A DNA stretch of 64,000 nucleotides from Podarcis muralis (lineage: Eukaryota): NCBI RefSeq assembly GCF_964188315.1, contig NC_135656.1:8556001-8620000 (forward strand), in the 5' to 3' direction. The position numbers were made by a program, and so were the translations under genes. The notes under the pieces were generated by a model. That model searched no databases and was not told the origin of the DNA. It saw only the letters and a list, made by a program, of their open reading frames with translations. The stretch's first letter is position 1. Every line of letters begins with the position of its first letter. This document shows positions 25,206 through 38,378 of this stretch, one piece after another.

Positions 25206-25551
25206 AAAGGTAAAGGTAAAGGGACTATTAGGTCCAGTCGTGGCCGACTCTGGGGTTGCGGTGCTCATCTCGCTTTATTGGCCGAGGGAGCCGGCGTACA
25301 GCTTCCGGGTCATGTGGCCAGCATGACTAAGCCGCTTCTGGCAAACCAGAGCAGTGCACGGAAACGCCGTTTACCTTCCCACCGGAGCGGTACCTATTTA
25401 CTTGCACTTTGACGTGTTTTTGAACTGCTAGGTTGGCAGGATTTGGGACTGAGCAACGGGAGCTCACCCCGTCGCGGGGATTCGAACCTCCGACCTTCTG
25501 ATCAGCAAGTCTTAGGCTCTGTGGTTTAACCCACAGCGCCACCCGCGTCCC
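25206..25551 (-). mobile_element. Full-length Sauria SINE; same insertion as 41008-41373
   Basis: Identical flanks with short TSD TGCTATT; empty site at about 34245-34270. Confidence 0.9.
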
Positions 25552-26293
25552 TATGTTGCTATTCTTCTTCTTCTTCCTCTTCTTCTTATTATTATTACTA
25601 TTACTATTAGCTTTGGAATGGTCATGGGGCGTAATTTGCAGGAAATGTGTGGCTTACTGTGTTTCCTTTTTTAAAAAGATCTGTTTGCAAAAGGTATGTA
25701 TAGAAAATCAATCAATCAATTAGTAATAGGTCCTCAAAGCACCAGGGGAGGTACTGCTGCTAGAAACTATTCCCCCTCCCCGCCCGTCCCACTTCTAATG
25801 CAAACCCCCTTCCACAATCAAGATGGGATTTCAGTTGAAGGTCTTGCTAAAATAGAGTTTGACAACTTGGGTGTTTCAGCAGGAAATTCAAGGCAGCCCC
25901 CTGCCTGAATCCCGCCCAACTGAGCAGAATTTAAGCCCTGCTCATCGGCTGACGTTGAAAACCAGACATCGCCCAGCCCTGGGCAGAACAGCACAATAAG
26001 CCTCCTCACATCTGTTCAAAGGAGGCTTCAAAGCGGCGGGACACGCTTGTATCATTTCGTGGTCTTGTTTATTTCTATGCTCTTTTAGATGTGGCTTCAT
26101 AGCTGAGAGGGGGATTTGAACCCCGGTGCATCCCAGGTGCTAGTTTGGCAGTCTTACCACTAGGCCGCACTGCCTCTACACCTTCCTGCTTGAAGCAGCC
26201 CTTAATTGGGAATCTATATTCCTGCTTAAGCCAGCTTTCTTTTTAGGACTGTGAACTTGGCTTTGCAACCCTGGTAGCCGCACCCTAAGAATC

Positions 26294-26850
26294 CCTAAGC
26301 CGCGCGGTCACAATTTCAGCAAAAATCTGAGTTTCTGCAATTCACTCAAAAATGGTGCCAAAATGTTGCAAATGCTCCCCTGAAAGGTTTTCCGTGGAAA
26401 CAGAAGGGTTTCTATCATGAGAAAAAGAATTAGCTCTTGACGTCTGAACTTGCGGAAAAACTTTTTTTTTGAAAATTTTCCTAAGCTGCACGGTCACAAT
26501 TTCAGCAAAAATCTGACGTTCAGCAATTCACTCAAAAATGGTGCCAAAATGTTGCAACTGCTCCCCTGAAAGCTTTTTCGGTGGAAACAGAAGCGTTTCT
26601 ATCATCGGGAAAAGAATTAGCCGTCGACGTCTGAACCTGCGGAAAAACATTTTTTAAAAAAATCCCTAAGCCGCGCGGTCACAATTTCAGGAAAAATCTT
26701 ACATTCTGCAGTTCACTTAAAAATGGTGTCAAACTGTTGCAAATGCTCCCCTGAAAGGTTTTTCGGCGGAAGCAGAAGGGTTTCTCTCCTCGGAAAAAGA
26801 ATTAGCCCTCGACGTCTGAAGTTGCGGAAAAACTTTTTTTAAAAAAAACA
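26294..26850. repeat. Tandem array of three ~185-bp AT-rich satellite-like monomers
   Basis: Monomer starts (cctaagc) at 26294, 26480 and 26665; A/T tracts; TCGA in two monomers. Confidence 0.9.
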
Positions 26851-27137
26851 ACAGAGACATATTTGTTCTGAAATCCACTGGGCAGGCATGTGTTGGTGTT
26901 ATTTTAAGAACCCAAATCATAATCTTTGTTTCTTTTGATTTTTGCCATCCTATATATTCTTGACTTGCGCAATTAACTTATCCTCCCATCTATTTTCATT
27001 ATATAAAAATAAATTATCTGCTTAATCTCGTAAATTCCAATTATGGGTGATTGGTTAGTTAGTTCTTCATGGAAATCTTGAAGCTGGGGGGGGGGGTGTG
27101 CAGGAGGAAGTTGGGTGGGAAAAGGGATGAGGCTCCT

Positions 27138-27182
<45 letters not shown>

Positions 27183-28229
27183 CAGAACTGTCTCCAAAGA
27201 ACCAAAAATGTCACATTTTTTCATGGGCATTTTTCTTTTTGCACAACAAGGGATAGAAAGGAAACTTTGGCCAATCTCAGAGCCAGAGAATATGGGGCAT
27301 CTGTGGCCCTCCAGGCTGTTATAGACTGCAATGGGGGGCAGTGTGGTTTAGTGGTTAGAGCACTGGACTGGGACTGGAGGTTTCGAATCATGCCCCACAG
27401 CCAGGCCATGTTCCTCTGGCCTCATGAGGAGCCTCTTTTGTGGGGCTAGCGAGTCTGGGCCTAGGCCACGTGGAAAGGGTCTAGCAGGGTGCGGCCTTCA
27501 CGCCCCACAGCCAGGCAAATTTATTTCATACCACACCATATGGCAGCCATTTTGTGTTTTGCTATGTTTGGTAGCCAATTGGTGGACTGGCCCATGTAGC
27601 ACTTTCCCAAAATTGGTCTGGCTCCGTCTAAGGCAGCTGCCTCTGTTCTTATCATATGAAATACCCCACTTTGTATATTAGTAGGAGCGTAGGATGTTCT
27701 GCATTTATATCCGCGGGGGGGGGGGGGGGGGGCGAATCTCATGAGCGATATGTCAAATGTGTTTTTACGCTTGGGGGGCTGCTGCGTTGCTTGTTCCTGA
27801 ACCTTTTCTTCCTACCAAATGCCCTGAAGATCCATTGCACACCTTGACTTGCATGAAACCTCCTCTCTCTTATTTTCTCAGTGAACCAGGCGGGGAGAAG
27901 GAGGAATGAAGGAAAACAGAAATCCGGCCTGAGAAGGGAGGTCCCTGTCAAGAGAATGGCCAAGATCTCCTCAGGTGAGGATGAAAGGGGAGGCAGGGAA
28001 AAGCAAAGAGCCCCTGAAAACATCCCCCCACTCGGGAAGAACTTGTCGGCCAAACCCCTGCACGGAAGTGTATCTGCATGAAGACGGTCAGCACTTTTCT
28101 ATTGGATGGGTCTCACTGAGCAGAGTTTTCAATGGAGATGGTGTATCCGGATTAAGTGGGGGAAACAGAACGGGAGAGCATTTGGGTGCGGAGGATGTCA
28201 TGCAGATACAGAACTGGACTTGCGTCTTT

Positions 28230-28480
28230 GACGGGGTGAGCTCCCGTTGCTCGGTCCCTGCTCCTGCCAACCTAGCAGTTCCAAACCACGTCAAAGTGCA
28301 AGTAGATAAATAGGTACCGCTCTGGAGGGAAGGTAAACGGCGTTTCTGTGCACTGCTGGCCACATGACCCGGAAAAACTGTCTGCGGACCAACGTCGGCT
28401 CCCTCGGCCAGATAAGTGCCGCAACCCCAGAGGTGTTTGCGACTGGCCTTAACTGTCAGGGGTCCTTTACCTTTACCTTT
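28230..28480 (+). mobile_element. 5'-truncated Sauria SINE; paralog of 20304-20590
   Basis: SINE body plus (ACCTTT)n. Confidence 0.85.
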
Positions 28481-29917
28481 TTAAAAGCACTGCACACTGC
28501 CATGCGATGTGAAAGTGCTTCATCTTATCAATGGTCACAACTCCTGAAATGAATGGATGGCTCCAATGCTCCATTTGCTGCCTTCCTTCAAACATTAACA
28601 TTTGTGTATGTTCTAAGATGTTTAAAATAGTCAAAAAGATGACAGCTTTTAATTCCTCTGAATTTGTTATCTCCTTTAGATTTTTAAAGGCTGGCTCCCA
28701 AAGTTATTTCAAGTGAAATAGATGGATTTAGGCCCATTGCTTGGCCGAATGTTAATCACACACACACACACTTCAGTGGAAACTGCATGCAGCTGAGCAG
28801 CTCACATTCGGAGCATCAACACAGAAAGGAACAGGAAGGAAGCAACACAAATATTTTGACTGAAGTGTCTTAGGAAAGCGATTTTAAATCATGGGCACCT
28901 AGGTTCTGAAAATGGTGTTGCCCGTATTGGTGTGAGTGATGGGGTCCCATGGCACAAATTTCATGTAATCCCAGTGCAAAGGAAAGAGCTAAGATCTTCT
29001 CCCTTACTATAATGTCCAAACAAGATGGGATGGGGAAGAAGGAGAGGTTTGTAAGGAGTCTTCAATAATTTTGCCAAGACAATTCTTATTGTTCAGGGCC
29101 TCATGCTATTAGCCTTTCTTGTACATGGAGATCCTTTATGAAATGCATTCAGGACCATCAAACAAATCTGTACTGAGATACACACATCCCCATTTTTACT
29201 GCTGGAACTGCTCTGAATCTGACTTCAGGAAGAACGTGTTTTAACTGCACAGTGTCCTGGAATAGACACTCTGCATTGGGAAAGAAGGGAACTGAGTTCC
29301 CTCCCATTTTCCACTTTCCTGATGTTCCAAATGACCAGTACCTTGGAGTTATGATTTGTGGTGTTGTCAGGATTCTAGCTGGCCTGTAACTGACCTAAGA
29401 ATTCTGCAGAGCAGTTGCTGCTGTGGCTGGCCGGCTGCTCAGGCGAACGTCAGCTCAGTGGCCAACAGCTCAGTCTTCTTGAGGCTCAGGAACACCTAGC
29501 AAACACCTGCTCTGTTCCTGGCACGCTAGACTCTAGCTGAGGAAGGCATTTCACGTAAGTTTATGGATTAAACATTCCTCACTATGCCATAGCTGAGTTT
29601 ATGCTCGGTGGAACAGGATAGCTGCAGTAGAAGATAGCAGAACAGCGAAACATGAGCAGCTCCCATCCACAACAGGTTGCTGAGGTTCTGGCCATTTTCA
29701 CAGCAACAGTGCAAGAGTATATTAAATCAGTAGCAGTTTGCTGGAAGAAAGTATGTGTGGCTCAGATGTCTATACCTAACCGGGGGGGGGGGGGGGGAGA
29801 GCAGAGGAACTCTTTCTTTTGCTGCTTCTTTCTGTGCATGGAAGGATGTCCTTCAATGACTAGACATGCTTGTTATTCCCTCTCTCACTGCATCTTGTCT
29901 TCTCTTTTGTTTCCAGG

Positions 29918-31225
29918 ATGTCTTCCAAGGTCTCCCCTGCTCCCCTCCTCTCCAAACCCCCCCTGCGGGTGAAAGAAGGCTCCCTGGTAGTCAGATGGCT
30001 GAGATTAGTGTCCTGCCTCCGGTTGTGTGCATTCCTGATGGATATTATGGCCTGGATGATGTGCATTGCCTCAATAGCCATTGTCAACTGGCGAGTGTGG
30101 CGTGTAGAAAACATAAAGGGAATTGGCTCTGGAAACATCTGGATCGGAATCTGGCAGGTCTGTTTTTTGAAAGACCCTTCGAACGACGGAAACTATTATT
30201 ACCATTGTGAAGAGCTCCATGAACAACATCCAAACCTCCCGAGGGAAATTTTTATGGCTCAGGACTTAATGGCCTTAGCTGCCATTATGAATTCAGCGGC
30301 CCTTGGATTGCAGTCATTTGCCCTCTGCAATGTGTTCGAGCCCAGAAAACATAAGGATTTTCTCTCAACCTTTTTTGGGCTTGGAGCTCTGCTGAACTTA
30401 CCAGCAGGGATACTCATCCTGATTTCCGTGATATGGAACATGTCTGCTGTCTTACAAAATGGGGGAATTGACTTCCCTGAAACTTTTGAATTGCCTCAAA
30501 TTCCCAGCGAGCAGCATATTGGACCTTCTATTTATCTAGGCTATATCGCTGCAGGTTTCCAGCTGCTGAGTGCAGCATTGGTTGGGATGGAGAGATGTTG
30601 CATCAGGACCACCACAACAGATACATCTCAAATAGAAACTGTAGTGGTGATTACCCCAGGAAGTGCGGTGAAAAGCGAGAGTCTAACTACTTGTTCAAAT
30701 TGTGGTTCTCTGCTGGACCTGGTAATTCAAGAGAAATCCTCCACAGTGGAGATGGAGGAAACCCATGTGGAAGATCTTGTCAAATCCTGCGCAGTTGAGA
30801 TGGAGGAAGGCTGTACAAGTGATCTTGTCATTCCAGAGGAATCCTGCACAGTTGAGATGGAGGAAAGCTGTGCAAGTGATCTTGTCATTCCAGAGGAATC
30901 CTGCACAGTTGAGATGGAGGAAAGCTGTGCAAGTGATCTTGTCATTCCAGAGGAATCCTGCACAGTTGAGATGGAGGAAAGCTGTGCAAGTGATCTTGTC
31001 ATTCCAGAGGAATCCTGCGCAGTGGAGATGGAGGAAAGCTGTGCAAGTGATCTTGTCATTCCAGAGGAATCCTGCACAGTTGAGATGGAGGAAAGCTGTG
31101 CAAGTGATCTTGTCATTCCAGAGGAATCCTGCGCAGTGGAGATGGAGGAAAGCCATACACCCAAAGGTTACCTGAAGGACATCAAAGGCCACCTGATGTC
31201 CCCAAACATACCATTATACATGTGA
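29918..31225 (+). CDS. CLDN34: Claudin-34-like gene, copy B (435 aa; VNTR-expanded tail, frameshifted C-terminus)
   Basis: Same claudin core as copy A; ATG after tttccag|G at 29916/29917; open to TGA at 31223-31225. Confidence 0.85.
   Translation: MSSKVSPAPLLSKPPLRVKEGSLVVRWLRLVSCLRLCAFLMDIMAWMMCIASIAIVNWRVWRVENIKGIGSGNIWIGIWQVCFLKDPSNDGNYYYHCEELHEQHPNLPREIFMAQDLMALAAIMNSAALGLQSFALCNVFEPRKHKDFLSTFFGLGALLNLPAGILILISVIWNMSAVLQNGGIDFPETFELPQIPSEQHIGPSIYLGYIAAGFQLLSAALVGMERCCIRTTTTDTSQIETVVVITPGSAVKSESLTTCSNCGSLLDLVIQEKSSTVEMEETHVEDLVKSCAVEMEEGCTSDLVIPEESCTVEMEESCASDLVIPEESCTVEMEESCASDLVIPEESCTVEMEESCASDLVIPEESCAVEMEESCASDLVIPEESCTVEMEESCASDLVIPEESCAVEMEESHTPKGYLKDIKGHLMSPNIPLYM
30784..31153 (+). 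repeat. Coding minisatellite: six full 57-bp units plus a partial (19-aa SC[T/A]VEMEESCASDLVIPEE)
   Basis: Units start at 30784, 30841, 30898, 30955, 31012 and 31069, with a partial at 31126. Confidence 0.97.
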
Positions 31226-32766
31226 TTCCCTACAACAGGGAGTCGTAAACTATCAGATGCAGATCCACGCAGATCGCTCCATACACGCATAGATCTGTGT
31301 GGATCAGGACTTCAGGGATTTTGGGACTTCAGGTGGGCTTTGATGTCCTTCAGGTGAGGAGGCCTCTTTTTTGTGATTTTTTTAAAAAAGTATTTATTTA
31401 TTTATTAAAGATTTTGTTGATTTACAAAAGTGTGCAATGTCTCTCTCTCATGTTTTTCCCCCCATGTAACATTTTTACAAATCATTTTCATTTGTTGAGA
31501 CATTAGGAAGGAAAGGGGAAAGAGGTGGAGGGGGGGAAAGATGGGTGGGGGTGGGGTCGGGTGGCCTATGGTGTGGTTATTCATTTGTAGTTGGCTGTGG
31601 TGGTCTTTGTTTTCATGTGTGAGTGGGGTGGGTGGGTGTTTTGGATCAGCAACAAATCTACTTATTCCAAGACCTCCCTTAAAGCGGTAGTGGATCACCA
31701 TGAAGAAGGCGCCACCACTGAGAAGGCCTCTGCCTGGTTCCCTGTAACTTGGCTGCTCCCAGAGATGGGGGGGGGGGTCATATTATTTCCCTTGATTTCC
31801 CCCTCTGAAAACTAGGTGCGCCCTATGGTCAGGTGAGCCCTATAGAGCGAAAAATACTGTAATAATAATTTAGTTAGACCCCGCCCATCCGGCTGGGTTT
31901 TCCCCTCTTTTAATTCTAATAGCGCATTAGAGTTCTGATATAAAAAAGGTTTGTCCTGGAATATCAGTTCTGGGAGGGGGGAAGAGCTAAGTGCCTTCAT
32001 GCCCTGCCTGGAAGCTTCCTTGAATCATCCGTCCGGTTTTTGTGGACATCAGTGCATTGGACTAGAATGGGCTATCGGTCTGTTTGCATGATCTTAAGCA
32101 ATTGTGAGGTTGGGTAACTCGCAATCTGAACAGCAGTGCCATTTCCTAGAAAGTCAAACATATTTTCTGTTTCTGTGATATTAAGCTTTACTTAGAATAA
32201 GATACATTCTCCCCAAATCGCAGTCTCCCTCTGTCCTCATCTGCCACAGTCCACAAAAGTCTGGGTGTCTTTTTCTGTCGACCTTGTGCTTTCCAAACAA
32301 CTGGCCTCCTCCCAAACCGTAGTGCTTATATACTGGGATGGATCTCGTACACGGAAAACCACAAGAAGAATTCATTTCCGCAGCATCTGTTAACAGCCCT
32401 CCCCCCCAATCTCTGAAATTCCAAAGAGCTCAATATGGTTTCCAGAACCCTGAGAAAGCTGCAGTTCCCAGCACCTTTAACAAACTACAGTTCCCAGGAT
32501 TCTTGGTGGGGGCGCCTTAAATGTACGGTGCGGCTACCAGTGTTGCAAAGCAAAGTTCACAGTCCTAAAAAGAAAGCTGGCTTAAGCAGGAATATAGGTC
32601 CCCAATTAAGGGCTGCTTCAAGCAGGAAGGTAGAGAGGCAGTGCGGCCTAGTGGTAAGACTGCCAAACTAGCACCTGGGAGGCACTGGGGCTCAAATCCC
32701 CCACTCGGCTATGAAGCCACATCTAAAAGAGCATAGAAATAAACAAGACCGCGAAATGATACAAAC

Positions 32767-33760
32767 AAACAAACAAATCTTTATTACGGTCATAGACCAG
32801 CATTTAAAATCTAAACAGGTATTAAAACACAAGGTGAATGTAAAAATCTATAAGAATTTAAAAGAAGCTAAAAGAATCCAAAATAAGGGTCAGGAACATT
32901 GGACGGGTGTGGAAGAGCACAAAAGGTTTTTTTTGTTTTTATTTTAAATTGCGGGAAAAGCCAGTGACACTAGACACCCCAAGATCAAACAAAAAGAGAT
33001 CAACAACAACATCAGAAAAGAAAGAAAAAAAGAAAAAAGGATTACACAGGGGAACTTCGCAGAGTGCCGTTCAACAGAGGAGATTTGCGCTTCCTGATTA
33101 CTAAAGTGCAAAATTTGGCCACCTCATATGATATTGAGCTTGAGGAATCTTCCAGAAGGTATTTTCGTAGAATTTCGGGGGAGGATTCCAAATAATGTTG
33201 TAGGGGTATAAATTTTGATAAAAGCGGCAAAATAAGTTGAGCTCGTTCTTTACTATAAAATTCGCAAAATAGAAGGATGTGTGTAACAGATTCTACCTTA
33301 TTAGACATACAGGGGCAGAGACGCGCATGCATTGGTACCCGCGTGAATTTGCCGTGCAGCACTGCTGAGGGCATTGTCTCAAAGCGGGCTCTAGAGAAAG
33401 CCCATCTATAAGCTTCGTTAGTGATGTTAGTTAAGTAAGGGGCAGCTGCAAAATTAGGCCAAGCTTTTAAACATCTATACGACTCCGGGAGTAGGGCATC
33501 TTCTTGTTGTAATTCGACATCGTAAAGTCTCTGAGTGATAATTGCTTTTGCCTTGTTCAGAGTTCCAATAAAAAGATTTTCAGGGTTTAAGCCAATTTGT
33601 TTGATCTTGTTAGTTATTTGCATAAGCCAAGGAGGGTAGGGAACTGCGGCCAGGAAGCAAGGTAACAGTCCCTTAGGATTGTAATGGATTTTCAGCCAGA
33701 GGGATATTGCTTGCTCCCAGACTTTTAATTCCACTCTGGACAGTCCTGCCTCTTACCTTA
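32767..33760 (-). mobile_element. 5'-truncated non-LTR retrotransposon, ORF2 C-terminus with CCHC knuckle (RTE-X-like by inference)
   Basis: ORF 33042-33734 contains RLCPCMSNKVESVTHILLFCEFY; 3' aataaaga(tttg)n tail; ~8-bp TSD ATACAAAC; empty sites at about 26050 and 41950. Confidence 0.8.
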
Positions 33761-36364
33761 ATACAAACATGCCCCCCCTCCCGCTTTGCAGCCTCCTTTG
33801 AACAGATGTGAGTCAGCCGATGAGCAGGGCTTAAATTCTGCTCAGTTGGGCGGGATTCCAAGCAAACCCCTTCCTGATTCAGAAGCGGGTTTGTCCCCTA
33901 AACAGTCCCCCTTCTTCGTTTTAGCAGGGGAATCCAGTCTCTTTCAGGGTGGGGGCTGCCTTGAATTTCCTGCTGAAACCCCCAAGTTGTCCAACTCTCT
34001 TTTAGCAGAAATCCCATCTTGACTGAGGAAGGGGGTTTGCATTAGAAGTGGGACGGGTGGGGAGGGGGAATAGTTTCTAGCAGCAGTACCTCCCCAGGTG
34101 TTTTGAGGACCTATTAGTAATTGATTGATTGTTTTCTATACATACCTTTTGCAAACAGATCTTTTTTAAAAAAGAAACACAGTAAGCCACACATTTCCTG
34201 CAAATTATCCCCCATGACCATTGCAAAGCTCACAATAATAACAGTAATAGCAGTGTATTGGACCTTAACTCTGCATAGGGAGGAAAGAGGGGTGGGCTGT
34301 CTAAAATACTTGTGCCCAGAAAAGGGTGGTGGTGGAGAAGGAGAGGTTTAGGAGAGAGAGAGAGTGACCCCTCCCTTCCTCCAGCTTAATCTGCAGCTAA
34401 ATTTGATGTGAAATGTGCTTTTCTTAAAAAACCAAAAAGCCAGCCACAGGGACAGTCTAAAGAAGAATATTTTTGGGGGGAGTGGGGAGATAGCTCCATT
34501 AGAGGTTCCACACTGGTAAGGAAAATTCCGGGTTGAGAGACTACTCAACAGCCCAGCTCCTCGGGGTACAGGTCTGCCCCCCCCCCCGCAGGTCCATGTG
34601 GTCAGTAAAAGACGGAAATCCCAGCAAGCAAGCAATTTGGAGCAAAACAGCAGTCAGTAGCCTCAGAGCCTTTATTGTTGCGCAACAGGTTCAACAGCAG
34701 CCAGTGAACCCAGAGCATGGGGCAGCATTGACTTTGAAAACTTTCCCACCATATGTCAGTATACAGTTTGCACAGCATCATCAATACATCATTGCCACAT
34801 CACTCACATGTCACAAAAGGGGAGGGTTACACAAGATTAGCATAGACAGCTATGTCAGGGCAACACCCAAGTACAGTATAAGCTTAGCATCATAGGCAAA
34901 CATGTCTTAAGTACCCACCACCCAAAGTACAACAGAACTTCCTTGGCATCTCTGGAGCCAGAGGCAAGTCTGGGGATGAGATTCGGCATCCCTTGGAGAA
35001 CAAGGATCTCAGCAATTGCCACCTCTGGGCATTTCCTGGGGCAGGAGGTGTGTACCCATGTCTTCAAGCTTGGGGAGTTGGAAGGGGAAAGAGTCTTTTT
35101 TCCAAGGGCAAAATGGTGCTGGAATGGAGGAACTTGTCAAAGGGGTTGATTTTATAGGATTCATAAAGCTTGGTATCTTCCCTGAGCTGTCAAGTCGAAA
35201 GGATACGTTCAGGCCTAATATTTGTAACATTTAACAACTGTAAAGATGTGCCCCCCCTCCGTAGGTCCCGTAGGAACTGCAAATATTTTCTCCGCATTTA
35301 ACTACAGTTCAGACGTAGACATATTTCCCACCCCCTTTGGTCCCATATGTTATATAGATATGCACTTAAAAACAACCTGGTACATCACAATACTCAAGTC
35401 CCTTCCAAGCAAACCTACACTTTCAATTTTAAAAAAATATATAAACGAAGGGTTCTGTAATTTCAATTCCGTGCACAAGAGTGTAGTCCTCATTATAAAC
35501 CTTCTTTTGGGTTGCGGAATTGCGTTTAAAGCAAACGCGTGCATACGCACATCCTGGGAGCTACAGGTCCCAGCACCCTTAAACTACAGTTCCCAGCTCC
35601 CTTGGCACACTGCACTTTCCAGAGCCCCGAAGAAACTACAGTTCCCGACGCCCTTAACAAACTGTAGAGATCTGCATGGATCTGGATCTGATAGTTTGCT
35701 CTTTACGGTGGAAGGTAATAGGGGGTCTCCAAACGGCTCTCAGCACTACAGCTCCCAGAATCCTTTTGGGGGAAGCGTTTCAAGGTACCATATGGCTTTT
35801 AAGTGGATGTTGGGCGTGTAACGTCAGCTGTCATGCGTTCCCCATCCACTGGATGTCAGGATTTCCTAACAAAAACCTCCAAAACAAACCCACACTCCTT
35901 TCTACCCCCTAAAAAAAGACCATCAACTGGAGAAAATGCGGTTTATCTGCTGGTATGATTGGTACAACCTGAAGCGGGTGTCGGAATTGTAGGCGAGAGA
36001 ATCGTAGAACGGAAGAGTTGGAAGGGACCCCATGGGTCATCTAGTCCAACCCCCAGGAATGAGGGAATCAAGAAGGGTCAGAAGTGAGAGAATGGACCCA
36101 ATATTTGTCAGAATGGACCCAATAATAATAGAAGATATGCTTTTAAAAGAATAGATTTGAATGCCAGCTCATTCATTCCATGCACATTTTTGAAAGGGGG
36201 TGGGTGGGTGGGTGGGTGGCTGGGTGGAATGAGTGAATTCATTATTAGGAGGGGGCTTCCAAGTCCTGGCAATTCACTGCTTGGATTTATTTAACATTTG
36301 AAGATGACTTCTTGCTTCAACTTTGGGTTTTTTTGTTTTTATCTTTTATACAAGATAAAAACAC

Positions 36365-36413
<49 letters not shown>

Positions 36414-36710
36414 TTAGTTAGACCCCGCCCATCCGGCTGGGTTTCCCCCTCTTTTAATTCTAATAGAGCAGTAGAGTTCTGATATAAAAGAGGGAAGATA
36501 AGTTGCAGCTAAGGGTGGAAAAGGAAAAAAACATCTTAGGAAATGGGATGGGAAGCAGATAATAGAAAGGGGGGGGGGACTTACTATGTAACGAATCCTG
36601 ATGTGCAATTTGTGGAATTTCAACAACAACAACAATAACACAACAAAATACTTAATAAAAACCAGAACAGAAAGAAAGCAAACCAATCCCTACCCCTAAT
36701 TAGGTATTAA

Positions 36711-37066
36711 AAAGGTAAAGGTACCCCTGCCCGTTCGGGCCAGTCTTGCCAGACTCTAGGGTTGTGCGCTCATCTCACTCTATAGGCTGGGAGCCAGCGC
36801 TGTCCGCAGACACTTCCGGGTCACGTGGCCAGCGTGACAAGCTGCATCTGGTGAGCCAGCGCAGCACACAAAACGCCGTTTACCTTCCCGCTAGTAAGCG
36901 GTCCCTATTTATCTACTTGCACCCGGGGGTGCTTTCGAACTGCTAGGTTGGCAGGCGCTGGGACCGAACGACAGGAGCGCACCCCGCCGCGGGGATTCGA
37001 ACCGCCGACCATGCGATCGGCAAGTCCTAGGCGCTGAGGTTTCACCCACAGCGCCACCCGCGTCCC
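36711..37066 (-). mobile_element. Full-length Sauria SINE, private to this block copy
   Basis: 12-bp TSD AATTAGGTATTA (36698-36709 and 37070-37081); empty sites at about 16230 and 62405. Confidence 0.92.
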
Positions 37067-37515
37067 TACAATTAGGTATTATTAGATAATAATTATTAGA
37101 TAATAATTAGGTATTATCCAGATAAAAAGCAAAAACTAAAGGACACAACTAATTCAAACCCATTCATTCCAATAGGCTTACTCTGAGTAGAATCTCACTG
37201 CATTGTCACTGCAACTCCTTGCATTGCAGTGTTTGAGTAATTTAAAAAGAGAGAGACATATTTGTTCTGAAATCCACTGAGGAGGCATGTGGTGTTGTTA
37301 TTTTAAGAACCCAACTCATAATCTTTGTTTCTTTTGATTTTTGCCATCCTATATATTCTTGCCTTGCGCAATTAACTTATCCTCCCATCTAATAATTTAT
37401 CTCCTTAATCTCGTAAATTCCAATTATGGGTTGGTTGGTTAGTTAGTTAGTTCTTCATGGAAATCTTGAAGCTGTGTGCAGGAGGAAGTTGGGTGGGAAA
37501 AGGGATGAGGCTCCT

Positions 37516-37572
<57 letters not shown>

Positions 37573-37725
37573 CAGAACTGTCTCCAAAGAACCAAAAATG
37601 TCACATTTTGTCATGGGCATTTTTCTTTTTGCACAACAAGGGAGGGAAAGGAAACTTTGGCCAATCTCAGAGCCAGAGAATATGGGGCATCTGTGGCCCT
37701 CCAGCTGTTATAAACTGCAATGGGG

Positions 37726-37915
37726 GGCAGTGTGGTTTAGTGGTTAGAGCACTGGACTGGGACTGGAGATTTCGAATCCTTGCCCCTCCTCTGCTCCCTG
37801 GTCAGCCCTGAAACTCACCCACGGGGACGTTGGGAGGGTGGCCGTCAGTTCTCTCAGCCCAGCCTCCCTCACAGGGTCATTGTGAGGATGGCAGAGATAA
37901 GCACGTAGGCCGCCT
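37726..37915 (+). mobile_element. MIR/CORE-type tRNA-derived SINE; intact here, truncated to its head in the A, B and D arms
   Basis: A-box gtggtttagtgg, B-box-like ttcgaatcc, CORE-like ctccctcacagggtcattgtgaggat. Confidence 0.65.
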
Positions 37916-38378
37916 GGAGAAAAGATGGGACATGGTCGCCCCTAACCATTGGCCCTGCTGGCTGCAAGCAGAGCGGTGGCTGGGACCCAAAATGTCACCC
38001 AGTGAGGTTTATAGCCAAGCAGAAGATTTGAACCCCTGTGCCTCCCAGATCCTAGTCTGGCAGTCTAACCACTGGGCCACACTCCCTCTCCACCTTCCTG
38101 CTTAAAGCAGCCCTTAATTGGGGACCTATATTACTGCTTAAACCAGCTTCCTTTTTAGGACTGTGAAGTTCGCTTTGCAATGCTGGTAGCCGCACCGTAC
38201 ATTTAAGGCGCCCCCACCAGGGAACTGTAGATTGTTAAAGGTGCTGGGAACTGCAGTTTTCTCAGGGTTCTAGAAACCAAAGCCTGCCAAGGGGTCAGGG
38301 AACTGCAGTTTCTTCGGTGCTCTGGGAAAAACAGTGTGCCAAGGGAGCTGGGAACTGTAGTTTAAGGGTGCTGGGACC

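Larger units (their letters stand above)
16981..31565. repeat. Inverted duplication pair 1 (divergent A/B): arms about 16981-21915 and 26858-31565, spacer about 4.9 kb
   Basis: Colinear reverse-complement homology through gene, upstream region, SINE and (GA)n. Confidence 0.9.

Noticed and set aside
26294-26850. CRISPR-like or coding repeat
   Set aside because: Eukaryotic context, with full-length tandem monomers and no unique spacers.
30695-31192. Alternative-frame repetitive ORFs (165, 145 and 136 aa)
   Set aside because: Other frames of the 57-bp VNTR.
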